DNA of 64,000 nt from an uncultured archaeon. Lineage in GTDB: Archaea > Asgardarchaeota > Lokiarchaeia > Sigyniarchaeales > SOKP01. The notes under the pieces were generated by a model. It did not search any database. It was not told the origin of the DNA and saw nothing but the letters and a program-made list of their open reading frames with translations. A program made the translations under genes and the position numbers. This document shows positions 28,991 to 39,288 of this stretch, one piece after another (within the stretch, counting starts at the first letter, position 1; each line of letters starts with the position of its first letter). The DNA lies in NCBI GenBank assembly GCA_964632315.1, contig CAZWEM010000003.1, positions 97,550 through 161,549 on the forward strand, given 5' to 3'.

Positions 28991-30254
28991 TTATGGTAAA
29001 AATGGACTAAATTTCATTCCAAATCCGGACTGGAATGTAGAGATCATAAGTCCAAAGACTCTAGAAGTGCTACCATCACCTGTTAAATCGATTGAAGAAG
29101 CAATTAACAATCCGGTTGGATGCCCTAATTTAAAGAGCATTATCAATAAAAAAAGAGGAATTGAGAATGTTTGCATTGTAGTTTCAGATGCAACTCGACC
29201 TGTCCCATCTCATTTAATTCTTGAAGCACTCCTCAATCAATTGAATAATTTAGGAGTCAAGGATGAGAATATAACGGTTTTAGTTGCGACGGGATTGCAT
29301 AGACAATCAACAAAGGAAGATCATCAAGTGATTTTGGGTCCATCATTATATAAGAGACTCAAAGTAATTGGCCATGATTCAAAAGACCGTAAATCATTAA
29401 AACAGATTGTTACATCAAACAATAACTTTCTGATTAATAAACAGTACTGTGAAAGTGATCTTAAAATTATAACAGGATACGTTGAACCTCATTTCTTCTT
29501 TGGATTTTCAGGAGGAAGAAAATCAATTCTACCAGGAATTGCAGGAGAAGATACAATACAAAAAAATCACTCTGCAGATATGATCCATTCTGAATATTCT
29601 CGATTTGGAATTTATCAAGAGAACATGATGCATAAACAAGCATTAATAGCAGCTAACGCAGTTGGTGTTGATTTCGCGGTAAATGTCTGCATTAATGAAA
29701 AACATCAAATCGTTAAAGTCGTTGCGGGGAATTTTGAAAAATTGCATAAAAAACTAGTAAAGTATCAATTAGAGAATGTTTTTCACCCAATTACTGATCC
29801 TTACGATATCGTAATATGTGGAAATGGAGGATATCCTTTAGACTTAAATTTATATCAAGCTGTAAAAAGCATGGCAATAGGAGAAATAGCAGTTAAACAC
29901 GGAGGGACGATTATTTCTGTAAATGAATGCATTGAAGGAGTGGGCATAAGACAAGATAGATTTAAAGAATTACTCTTTTCAGGCATAAATCCTAAAGATA
30001 TGTATAAACAAATAATGAATGGGCAAATAACCGCACCAGATCAGTGGGAAATTCAAGTACTAGCACGGGTTCTTCAGAAGGCAGATGTTTTCGTGGTATC
30101 CAAATTAAAAGATAATAAATTAGGCAACATTGGATTGAAGTATGCTTCATCAATAGAAGATGCACTCGAAAAATCTCTTCAGAAACAAGGTCATCAAGCT
30201 CGAATTTTGGTTTTACCTAATGGCCCTCAAGTACTTCCATTAATGAGAAAATAA
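28974..30254 (+). CDS. larA: nickel-pincer-dependent lactate racemase
   Basis: SDATRP, ATGLHR, EPHFFFGFSGGRKSILPG, LNLYQAVK, DQW..Q; ATG at 28974 with GAGGA SD. Confidence 0.85.
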   Translation: MEIKVDYGKNGLNFIPNPDWNVEIISPKTLEVLPSPVKSIEEAINNPVGCPNLKSIINKKRGIENVCIVVSDATRPVPSHLILEALLNQLNNLGVKDENITVLVATGLHRQSTKEDHQVILGPSLYKRLKVIGHDSKDRKSLKQIVTSNNNFLINKQYCESDLKIITGYVEPHFFFGFSGGRKSILPGIAGEDTIQKNHSADMIHSEYSRFGIYQENMMHKQALIAANAVGVDFAVNVCINEKHQIVKVVAGNFEKLHKKLVKYQLENVFHPITDPYDIVICGNGGYPLDLNLYQAVKSMAIGEIAVKHGGTIISVNECIEGVGIRQDRFKELLFSGINPKDMYKQIMNGQITAPDQWEIQVLARVLQKADVFVVSKLKDNKLGNIGLKYASSIEDALEKSLQKQGHQARILVLPNGPQVLPLMRK

Positions 30255-30410
30255 TATAAAATTAATTTCAACTTAGCACGCTTGTTTTTAATAATATTAA
30301 AAGCTTTGAAACTTCTCTTGATCTAATTATTGTTTTTTTAGAATACGTTTCTAATGAATAAACTTTTTAAAATTTAACATGATCTTACAGTTTAATAATA
30401 GTTAAAATAA

Positions 30411-31220
30411 GTGTTTAAAATGCCATATTTTGATAATAATCAATTTAAGATTCATTACGAAATTGAAGGCCAAGGTCCTGATTTGATAATGATACATGGA
30501 TTTGCTGCAAATATCGAAATAAATTGGCGACAACCCAACTGGATATCAACTTTAAAGGACGACAATAGATTGATTTTAGTCGATTGTCGTGGACATGGTA
30601 AAAGTGACAAACCATATGATCCTAAACAATATGGATTTCATATGAGAGAGGATATCATTAAACTCATGGACCACTTATCCATTTCTAAGGCAAATCTTTT
30701 TGGATACTCGATGGGAGGAAGTATCACGCTAAGTGTTTTGCTGTCGGAACCAAACCGCGTTAATAGCGCGATAATAGGTGGATTTGCACCAATGGTTATT
30801 AAACCAGAATTAGCAAAGCAATTTTACGAACCTGTTATTATAGGGCTCAAGACACAAAACAAAAAGGAGATTAAGAATCCAGTAGCACTAAATTTCCGTA
30901 ATTTTGCTGATTCTACGGGAGAAGATTTGAAAGCGCTAGTTGCTGTCATGGAGGGAAATTTTGTAATGGGAGATGAAAATCTTAAATTTAACTCCCTCAA
31001 TGATATAAAATCAGCGTTTAAAAAAGTAAAAATCCCAGTATTATCTGTAATGGGAAGTGATGATGTCTTGATTTCAAATAAAACCATTTTCGCAGAATCA
31101 ATGCCAGGAGCATGTCATTTTCAAATTCAGGGACGAGATCATTTAACTGTCGTACCAGATGAAAGATTTCATATAATTGTAAAAGCCTTTTTAAACTATA
31201 TAAATAAGAATAAACACTGA
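30411..31220 (+). CDS. alpha/beta hydrolase
   Basis: HGF, DCRGHGKS, GYSMGG nucleophile elbow, GSDD, GRDH. Confidence 0.9.
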   Translation: MFKMPYFDNNQFKIHYEIEGQGPDLIMIHGFAANIEINWRQPNWISTLKDDNRLILVDCRGHGKSDKPYDPKQYGFHMREDIIKLMDHLSISKANLFGYSMGGSITLSVLLSEPNRVNSAIIGGFAPMVIKPELAKQFYEPVIIGLKTQNKKEIKNPVALNFRNFADSTGEDLKALVAVMEGNFVMGDENLKFNSLNDIKSAFKKVKIPVLSVMGSDDVLISNKTIFAESMPGACHFQIQGRDHLTVVPDERFHIIVKAFLNYINKNKH

Positions 31221-31257
31221 ATTTTATTATAAAGAAATTCAAAACAAAAAAAAAGAA

Positions 31258-34200
31258 TTATTTTATGATTTTTTTTTTACGATATCTTAATAGAATTGAA
31301 GCAATCGGTATCAATAAAGCTATGAAGATCAATATTGGGGAATATGAAGGAACACTTGGTTTATTAACTACTGTATATTCGAAAGGGTTTCCATAAATAT
31401 CTTTTCTCTCTACCATATTGCCTTGATTGTCCACTGCTATTATATACCATTGTACCTTAGTGCCCTGTGTATGCGGTGGTATTTCACCCTCCCAGATTCC
31501 TGGACTAGTAATTATTTCATCAAGAGGAATTACACTCCAATTTAGTCCATTATCTATAGAATAGTTGATAAAAACAGTTTGTAAACCTCCCTCTTCAAAA
31601 ATATTCACTCTTACTAATGGTGAATCATCATTACCAGGTCCAATATTGTCCCCATTTGTATCAAAAGTTATTGTAGGAAAATCGATTTCAGGAGGTAAGT
31701 AATCATAAGTATTATGTTCAAGAGGATATGAAGTTTCACAGAAAAATTGATCACCTTCAAATATGTATGTCCCAAATTTCTCGTCAATTCCTATCCATTG
31801 AACGAGGCGATCAGTTGGATCATCGTCTTCTATATGATATGCTGCCTTATAAATATTACTTGTCTCGGATTCGGCATAATTTTTTAGGCTCAGTTCAATT
31901 GTGGCATGAGTTTCAAGTGGTCCAAATTTTTCTTCAAAATCTGCCCCTAGGTCAATTTGAAATGTTGTAGTTCGGGTAGTCGTAGTAGTTACTTCATTTT
32001 CAAACTCATATGGAGCACCGCCGCTTTCATAGAATGGAGTTATCCAACTGACGGGAATGCTGTCGTTGTAAATTGCATTTTGATTTTTCCATTCAATGGG
32101 AGCATGTTCATCACTTGCAAGTGTTTCTACGCCTCTAAGAATACCGTAATACAATTCTGGTTTCTCCCATCGTTCAGTTCCATTTGAGTAAATCCTATGA
32201 GTTCCATTTAAAACCCATTTATAAATCCATGATTCTCCCCAGTATCGATCCCCATATCCTGGTCCTATATAATCTGCATCATTGGTTACTTGAGCAGATG
32301 TTAAGCTTGTGGTGTCTTTTATTTCATATCGAAAATCATAATCTTCGGTTAACGTTTCTTTATATTCTAATAAAAATGATGCCCCAGCATCAACACCAAA
32401 CAATGAAAATTCAGCACCAACCTCTACAGATACTCCCATAGCATTGGTAATTTGAGAACCCACTCCAATTGATAAACTTGTGGACTCAGAGATACTTGAG
32501 AAGCTATTATCACCGTGTGGGTCATGAAGTATCAAGTAAAGCTGTTTTCCTATGACTTGTGTACTAGAATTTAAAATTTGAGTATATTCATGCGTGACTT
32601 TAACGAATTTGAAACTCCGAGTATCTGTATCAAGTATCATACTTCCATTTTTACCAATAAGGGTTGCAGATAAAAATCCGTCAATGTAAGCAGTATAGGG
32701 TGTTAACACTATTGAAGTCATATTCCATACACTTCCAAGATTAGTACCATTAATTTCAAGTTCAATATCCTCTACCAGCCTAGAGGTTTTTTGAAAAGTA
32801 AATAAGCCGTCGTTTTCATATGGTGCCTTAGAATATGGCAAAATGACAGTACTGCCATTTGCTGGATAAATCCATTCAACAGATGGGGCTATTTCTATTG
32901 TAAAAACTCTTAATTCTGATTCATAATAATCACCTAAATAATTCTCCCCAAAAAACTGTATCGAATGTTTTCCATCTTCTGGGACTGGAAGTGTTTTATT
33001 TCCTAATATCATTTGTCTTGGCTGACTATCTAATGAAAATTGTCTCCATGCAAAATCGTAGTTATAGTCATAATAGCTAAACAGGATGCCTTCTTTACGA
33101 TTATCACCAGCATAATAAGATGGATCCCATGAATATCCTATTGCATCTATGTAGCTTGAATAACCAGTACCAGCGCCTTCTGTATTAGCCCATACTTTTT
33201 CAATGTTATCAATATCTTGATAAAAATGTAAAGGGGCTTCATTTTTTTTAATTCCATCTAACCAATAAGACATTTCATGTGCATTACAGTCAAAGTCAAT
33301 CTGGACATGATGCCATTGATCATTGTATATAATATCCTCCAAATAGTTAAATCCCTGATATAAAAATTTGATGAGATTTGATTTAATTTCAACTTTAAAT
33401 GCAGTATGTTCTGTAGCATCCATAAAACTAATGTAAGTTCCTTGTCCTGCATTATCAGTTGCAATCCAAAACTCTATTGTACCTACAGATTGAGATAGTA
33501 TTATATTCTCCATTAAAGCTATATTTGAACTAGAGTGATCATATAGTTCTACTACTTTGTTATGACCATATATTTCATCTATAACTTCTACTTTACAACC
33601 TATTGCGGTTTGCATAGTCCATCCTTCTGGAACATCACCATCTTGGTCGTTCTCAAACCCATAAGTTCCGGGAAAATATCCACTCATTGGTGCGGTGTAA
33701 TTAATATTTTCAGGAGTTACAATTTCGACCGATTTATAATGTGCGGTAAAATGCCTCTTTTCTGAATAAAATATATCACCTAATGAGTCATTTCCAAAAA
33801 CTTGTATAGAATATGTACCATTTCTTGGCATTGGGATAACTTTATTTCCCTTAATGGTAATATTTGCTTGATTATCTAACGAGTACCCAACCCATTCAAG
33901 ATCCTTATTCGTTTTGTAGCTAATTAATAAACCTTCATGTTGATTTTCTCCTATGAAATAATTTTCATCCCATGAATATCCAAGTGCATCCAAAAAATAA
34001 TTATAGTTAGCATCTGAGTTATGAGTGATGATGTAAATTCTATCCATTGCTATAGGATTTCCATTAAACTCAAAACCATTGCCCCTATCAATACGAGTAT
34101 CATCAATCCAAAGATACCAGGCATCAGAACAGTTAAATTCAATTTTAATGTGATACCACTTATTCGCAATAAAGTTAGCTCCTGTATACACCCAACCTCC

Positions 34201-36141
34201 TCCTGTATAATAATATAAATACCCATCTATGAAACTAAAGGCAATCGAATCTGCCCATGTACCATCTCTTATGCTGAACTCATGATGTTTGTTTGTATGG
34301 CTAAATCTCACAAACACCTCAATCGTTCCCGATGTGTGATCAGAATCAAAAATATTATGAATTCCAGTGTAATCAGAGGCACTTGTATCGTATATTTGGA
34401 CAACATTTTTATGGCTTCCTATTGAATCTCTAACTTGTACAACTCCACCACCCTCCCAAACCATGAATCCTTCAGGATGGGTATTAATTTGATCATTTTC
34501 GAATCCGTAAGTCGCAGGATAATATCCATTTTCATCCCATAGATGACCATAGGCATCAATGTAAGCGTTAAATGAACTTGAATCCCCTGCATTTGAATCT
34601 ATTTGAAGAATTTCTATTTGATTGCATGCAGTTCCAAATGCTGCAGTCCTTTTAAACTCATCATCAATGAAATAGTCAACAGTATCAAGTGAACAATCAT
34701 ATACCATTTTAATATGATACCACTTATTAGGAATGGCTTGTCCTATATCAATCCATCCATTAGATCGAAATGACCCATGGTAACAATTAATATAAAAAGC
34801 ATGAACACCATCACCATAAAATCTCAAAGCCATTCCATTTGTACTGTCAACATTATCAATTGCATACCAAAATTCTATTATTCCTGATGATCTCGTTTGT
34901 GTAAAGTTATGAATTCCATACAGACTCGAGGTACCAGTGCCATCCACACATTTCAAGACCTTTTTGTGACCATTGAAATCTGGTATAATTTCAAAAAAAC
35001 TTTCAGAATCGCTTGAATTTGAATCGATAAAATTAATATCATCATTAATAGTTCCATCAATTTCATCGTCAAAATCGTAAGTCTCGAGATAGTATCCATC
35101 CATAGAGCCAGTATATGTTCTATTTTCTGGAGTAATCAAATTAATTGAATAATTGCTAGTAGTAAAATGCACAATATTTGATTGGTAAATGGTTCCAAGA
35201 GAATTATTACCAAAAACTTGAATTGAATGTCTTCCAAGAGTAGGAAATGGAAAAGCTATGTCCCCTAAAATAGACGTGTTTACTTGATTATCTAGAGAAT
35301 ATCCTATCCAATCAAGTTGTGTAGCATTTTCAAAACTTAAAAGCAATCCTTCAAAAAGATTATCTCCTATATCGTAATCTTGATCCCATGAAAAACTTAA
35401 AGCATCTAAGTACCAGTGGCCAGATAATGAACCTGTTTGATAAAACCATATGCTTGTTAATGAACCAATATCATAAAACATATCTTGTTCATTTACTTCT
35501 TTAGTTCCGTTAATATATATATCAAATTTCTTTGAAATGATATCGAAATCTATTCTTATATGAAACCATGTGTTGTCTAAATACTTTCCGGCTCCAAATT
35601 CGCCCGCGATTGAACCAGATGTACGCCACCAAAATTGACCATCATTTTGATAATCAATTCCTATTCTTAATGCATATCCATCTGTAGAATTTCGAAGAGA
35701 AATTTCAAAACCTTTGTTTCCCGAATTTTTGTAGACGTAATATTCTATTGATCCAGTTGTTTGAGGAGTTTTAAGATTTGTTTTAGTCTGTGCAAATTCG
35801 CCAGTTAAAGCACTACTATATGATAAGACTTTTTTATGTCCTGCTATTTCAGATGCTACAGATACTTCAGAAGAAGCTCCTGTTGATTCATCAATCCATC
35901 CTTTGGGAAAACCTCCATCAAATTCGTTTTCAAAACCATAAGTTGCAGGATAATATCCGCTCATAGGTTCATTATATGTTGTATTCATCGGAGAAACAAT
36001 TGTAATTTCTGGATCACTGGAATTCGGTATTATTGGATCTTTAACATTTAAACCTTTGTCAAAAAAGGTTGAAAAGCTAATTAAATAAAGTACCAGAACT
36101 ACCCCAAGAACTAAACATTTTTTTCTATTACTATTTTTCAT
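31258..36141 (-). CDS. giant secreted/surface protein: four ConA/LamG-like repeats with Ig-like linkers, a Thr/Ser-rich beta domain and a C-terminal sorting anchor
   Basis: Signal peptide; four GYYPATYGFEN-type repeats with W.HI.I.F.C motifs; W.GYSLD.Q.N...G.HSIQVFGN linkers; VPSYSP-TM-RYRKKK tail. Confidence 0.8.
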   Translation of the reverse strand: MKNSNRKKCLVLGVVLVLYLISFSTFFDKGLNVKDPIIPNSSDPEITIVSPMNTTYNEPMSGYYPATYGFENEFDGGFPKGWIDESTGASSEVSVASEIAGHKKVLSYSSALTGEFAQTKTNLKTPQTTGSIEYYVYKNSGNKGFEISLRNSTDGYALRIGIDYQNDGQFWWRTSGSIAGEFGAGKYLDNTWFHIRIDFDIISKKFDIYINGTKEVNEQDMFYDIGSLTSIWFYQTGSLSGHWYLDALSFSWDQDYDIGDNLFEGLLLSFENATQLDWIGYSLDNQVNTSILGDIAFPFPTLGRHSIQVFGNNSLGTIYQSNIVHFTTSNYSINLITPENRTYTGSMDGYYLETYDFDDEIDGTINDDINFIDSNSSDSESFFEIIPDFNGHKKVLKCVDGTGTSSLYGIHNFTQTRSSGIIEFWYAIDNVDSTNGMALRFYGDGVHAFYINCYHGSFRSNGWIDIGQAIPNKWYHIKMVYDCSLDTVDYFIDDEFKRTAAFGTACNQIEILQIDSNAGDSSSFNAYIDAYGHLWDENGYYPATYGFENDQINTHPEGFMVWEGGGVVQVRDSIGSHKNVVQIYDTSASDYTGIHNIFDSDHTSGTIEVFVRFSHTNKHHEFSIRDGTWADSIAFSFIDGYLYYYTGGGWVYTGANFIANKWYHIKIEFNCSDAWYLWIDDTRIDRGNGFEFNGNPIAMDRIYIITHNSDANYNYFLDALGYSWDENYFIGENQHEGLLISYKTNKDLEWVGYSLDNQANITIKGNKVIPMPRNGTYSIQVFGNDSLGDIFYSEKRHFTAHYKSVEIVTPENINYTAPMSGYFPGTYGFENDQDGDVPEGWTMQTAIGCKVEVIDEIYGHNKVVELYDHSSSNIALMENIILSQSVGTIEFWIATDNAGQGTYISFMDATEHTAFKVEIKSNLIKFLYQGFNYLEDIIYNDQWHHVQIDFDCNAHEMSYWLDGIKKNEAPLHFYQDIDNIEKVWANTEGAGTGYSSYIDAIGYSWDPSYYAGDNRKEGILFSYYDYNYDFAWRQFSLDSQPRQMILGNKTLPVPEDGKHSIQFFGENYLGDYYESELRVFTIEIAPSVEWIYPANGSTVILPYSKAPYENDGLFTFQKTSRLVEDIELEINGTNLGSVWNMTSIVLTPYTAYIDGFLSATLIGKNGSMILDTDTRSFKFVKVTHEYTQILNSSTQVIGKQLYLILHDPHGDNSFSSISESTSLSIGVGSQITNAMGVSVEVGAEFSLFGVDAGASFLLEYKETLTEDYDFRYEIKDTTSLTSAQVTNDADYIGPGYGDRYWGESWIYKWVLNGTHRIYSNGTERWEKPELYYGILRGVETLASDEHAPIEWKNQNAIYNDSIPVSWITPFYESGGAPYEFENEVTTTTTRTTTFQIDLGADFEEKFGPLETHATIELSLKNYAESETSNIYKAAYHIEDDDPTDRLVQWIGIDEKFGTYIFEGDQFFCETSYPLEHNTYDYLPPEIDFPTITFDTNGDNIGPGNDDSPLVRVNIFEEGGLQTVFINYSIDNGLNWSVIPLDEIITSPGIWEGEIPPHTQGTKVQWYIIAVDNQGNMVERKDIYGNPFEYTVVNKPSVPSYSPILIFIALLIPIASILLRYRKKKIIK

Positions 36142-36255
36142 ATTAAATCATTTAACCTAAATGTTTTAATTTGAGCTAAAATATTGAATTTCGCGCTCAG
36201 ATATTTTTTATTAAATATCTTTAATAATGGGAGTATAAGAGAGTATATAAAACAA

Positions 36256-36275
36256 TAAGGAATGAATCTTTACAT
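36256..36275. promoter_or_regulatory. operator-like motif copy 1 (TAAGGAATGAATCTTTACAT)
   Basis: 19/20 identical to 38465-38484; lies upstream of the giant surface protein gene. Confidence 0.6.
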
Positions 36276-36276
36276 T

Positions 36277-37572
36277 TTATGAATTCTTATTCTCAAGGAT
36301 TTTATCATCCTTGTAGGGTATCTTATCCTTGTTTTCCTCATAAAATTTTAAAAAATTCTCTATCATAGATTCTGGATATTTTAAAAACTCTTTTTTCATT
36401 GCTTCATATTCATTGTTATTAGAGAAGATTTTTTTTAATTCATTATCGAGTTCGGGAGGAATTTCCTTATACTTCATGGTTAAATAGAGGGGACTATCTT
36501 TGCTAGAAACCAATTTTGAAGGAAAGTTGGAGAAATATTTATCTATTAGCAAATAAGCCTCATCGTACTTATTAATTTCTCTACATTTAGTATTTAATAA
36601 TTTCATAAATTTAGTTTCAAATTCATCTGAAAAATTAATCAAAGATTTTCTTAACAATTTTGACGGTTTTGAAGCAACCAATCCTACAGAAATAAATTCC
36701 GATTCTCTTAATATTAAAATTCCGTCACTTAAAATGATATCTAATATACCTCCTTTATCTATGACTTCCTTACTCATTATCTGCACAGCACTGATGAATC
36801 CACTGAAGATGTTATCGCTAATATTAGATTCTGACCAGTCATGATCAAACAGTGGGAATCCTTCTCTATCTTTTACCAAAATCCTATTTAATTCAAATGG
36901 GAGTATATATAATAATTTGGGTTCAAAAATAATATTAATTGTAAATATTGAAATTCCTAAAGAAAAAACAATTGGATATATTATAAGGAAAATGGGAAAG
37001 AAAAAATTGAGAAAATAACAAAATAGAGTCGCTATCGACATAATGGTTGTTCCGATAAAGAAAATCTTTGCTTTTGTTTTGATAATTGGCGGGCAATATA
37101 GCAGAGTTTTTAAACCCCAATAAAATGCATTTAAAAGTATTAAAGCAGACAATAAATCTGAAAACAAAGAGAAATACCCAACAACTATAGTACTATAATA
37201 ACCATCCACTGTTATAAGCTTAACAACTGGAGATTGAAAAGCAGCATATACTAATAATGCGGATAATATTAGAGCAATTAGTAAATTAGTTGAAAATATT
37301 CTATCTTTCATTATATAATTAAGCCCGATGACAAAAAATAAAGCTACTCCAATTAGCATGAGGTTATATACAATTGTAATCATTTCGCTTAAAAATAGAA
37401 TTGAGAAAAAAACAAGGAAACTAAAGATCGAGGCAAATAAAAATGATAATGCGAGATACTTTACAGACAAAATTTTATTTGTTCTCGGAGAAATCTGAAG
37501 AATAATGACTAAAACGAATAAGAATGAACTTGATATAATGTTGACTATCCCTTCAGGAGTCCAATATACCAT
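36277..37572 (-). CDS. 7TM membrane protein with cytoplasmic longin/roadblock-like domain
   Basis: Seven hydrophobic helices, then ILV.D.EG.PLF..DW....IFSGFISAV..MS.EV...G.I..I. Confidence 0.7.
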   Translation of the reverse strand: MVYWTPEGIVNIISSSFLFVLVIILQISPRTNKILSVKYLALSFLFASIFSFLVFFSILFLSEMITIVYNLMLIGVALFFVIGLNYIMKDRIFSTNLLIALILSALLVYAAFQSPVVKLITVDGYYSTIVVGYFSLFSDLLSALILLNAFYWGLKTLLYCPPIIKTKAKIFFIGTTIMSIATLFCYFLNFFFPIFLIIYPIVFSLGISIFTINIIFEPKLLYILPFELNRILVKDREGFPLFDHDWSESNISDNIFSGFISAVQIMSKEVIDKGGILDIILSDGILILRESEFISVGLVASKPSKLLRKSLINFSDEFETKFMKLLNTKCREINKYDEAYLLIDKYFSNFPSKLVSSKDSPLYLTMKYKEIPPELDNELKKIFSNNNEYEAMKKEFLKYPESMIENFLKFYEENKDKIPYKDDKILENKNS

Positions 37573-38367
37573 TTATTTTATGACCTCATTTTCTATAAAT
37601 TTTTTTGCCCTCTTTTCTTCTTTAAGTTTTAATCTGATGGTTTTAGAGAAATTTGGATTAATTCTAATAATTCTTGCATCATTTATCAAGAGAATTTCAT
37701 ATTCTATTAACTTTTTAATATGGTAATACACTAATTCACGCGATTCGTTGAGGATTTTATAAACTTCTGATTGTTTAATTTGAGTTCTTATACATATCAA
37801 TTCTATTATACTCTTGTTTAATTCATCACGGAATAAAAAGCAGATTATTCCATATTCACTACTAATATTAGTTGGGATCAAAATTAGAAAATTACCTACA
37901 TTTACAGATTTAACACAACCAAATTTTAGAAGCATATCAATATGCCAAAGTAATTGTCCAACTCCTAAACTTAAACCTTCCTCTTGGATCAACTTCCTAA
38001 CTGCGGAAATATGAATTCCTGGATTATGAGAAATAATAGAATATACTTCCTTCCTAATTGGATTAGATATTACCGATTGACTTGTAAATCTCGATTGATC
38101 AACTAAAATCTTTTTATTAACTAGAAATTGAATTATGGTTTTTAATCCAGAACTTGGAATTTTTAAAATTCTTTTTGCTCGTTTGAAAAGTTTATCTAGG
38201 GTTAAGAGATGATTCTCAGAAATTATTTCCTCTGCAATTTCAATCACTCGCCTAACATTTGGATGTTTCAAATTTATTGGTGTCTTAATTATAGATTGGG
38301 TCATGTCAACATTTTTTAAAGGATCTAAGGTTAAACAGAGAAATATACAATCTTGTAAGTTATTCAT
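37573..38367 (-). CDS. multi-winged-helix transcriptional regulator
   Basis: NP.RK.VY..I..NPGIH.S..RK...L.WHI..L and SRELVYYHIKKL.E..IL HTH motifs; stop abuts the next ATG. Confidence 0.8.
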   Translation of the reverse strand: MNNLQDCIFLCLTLDPLKNVDMTQSIIKTPINLKHPNVRRVIEIAEEIISENHLLTLDKLFKRAKRILKIPSSGLKTIIQFLVNKKILVDQSRFTSQSVISNPIRKEVYSIISHNPGIHISAVRKLIQEEGLSLGVGQLLWHIDMLLKFGCVKSVNVGNFLILIPTNISSEYGIICFLFRDELNKSIIELICIRTQIKQSEVYKILNESRELVYYHIKKLIEYEILLINDARIIRINPNFSKTIRLKLKEEKRAKKFIENEVIK

Positions 38368-38464
38368 ACTAATAATTGTTCCTCTTATAAATTCTAACAG
38401 AATTTATATTAATAGAAATTAAATAAATTCTAATTAATAATTTCAGCATTTCCATTTAAATCAG

Positions 38465-38484
38465 TAAGGTATGAATCTTTACAT
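38465..38484. promoter_or_regulatory. operator-like motif copy 2 (TAAGGTATGAATCTTTACAT)
   Basis: Imperfect palindrome GTAAGG-N7-CTTTAC upstream of the wHTH gene. Confidence 0.6.
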
Positions 38485-38707
38485 GCTCAGATAAATGATA
38501 TTGAAAGCTTTTTTAGATGTAATAAATAAAAATTAAGAAATCTTTTCATATTCAATTGAAATTATAACTCAATAGTTAGCTAATTCTTCTGTCTTTAATA
38601 TAAAAAATGAGGGAAAAGTATTGGACTTAAAATAGTTGTTTTACGACAGTTATAATTGGTAATTAGCCAAAAATGGATAATTAAAGTATGTTAGGTGTAG
38701 TTTCAAA

Positions 38708-38863
38708 ATGCATTATAAATGCCCAATTTGTTCCAGCATGAAAAAACCAAAAATTACTAAATATTTCCCGCCAATAACCGTTAGATGTATCGATTGTGGT
38801 CACGAAGATTATGAAAAACATTTTATTTGTCAAGAAAGAACAAATTATCTTGTATTACAATAA
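38708..38863 (+). CDS. 51-aa zinc-ribbon microprotein (not in the ORF track)
   Basis: MHYKCPICSSMKKPKITKYFPPITVRCIDCGHEDYEKHFICQERTNYLVLQ*; AGGTG SD upstream; T-rich tract downstream. Confidence 0.7.
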   Translation: MHYKCPICSSMKKPKITKYFPPITVRCIDCGHEDYEKHFICQERTNYLVLQ

Positions 38864-39288
38864 AGATCAATTCTATAGTCATATTTTTTAATTTTTTACT
38901 TTATGTAATATTAAGTTCTTTATAGGACTTAAACTATAGAGCTAATATCAATATGCCATTAATCCCAAATTAAAGATTTCTTTAATTAAATAGCAACTTT
39001 TAAATTATAATGGAAAGCAATTCCCATCAGTTAGCGGGAGAGACGTGGGAATTAGAGTTCTTGTTCTTTGACGTATAACAAACCCAGACAAAAACATTTT
39101 TATATAGTGGGGTAACTTAATAATGTATTGCACTGGGATTAAATAATTATAATTATTAACGTAAAGAAATAAATACCCTAATAGAAACTAGTAATATGCA
39201 ACAAGTGATTATTGGTTTTTAACACGTATTTTACGAATAATGATGAATTATACCCGAACGAATAATCATTAAAAAAAAGTGAAGAAAT

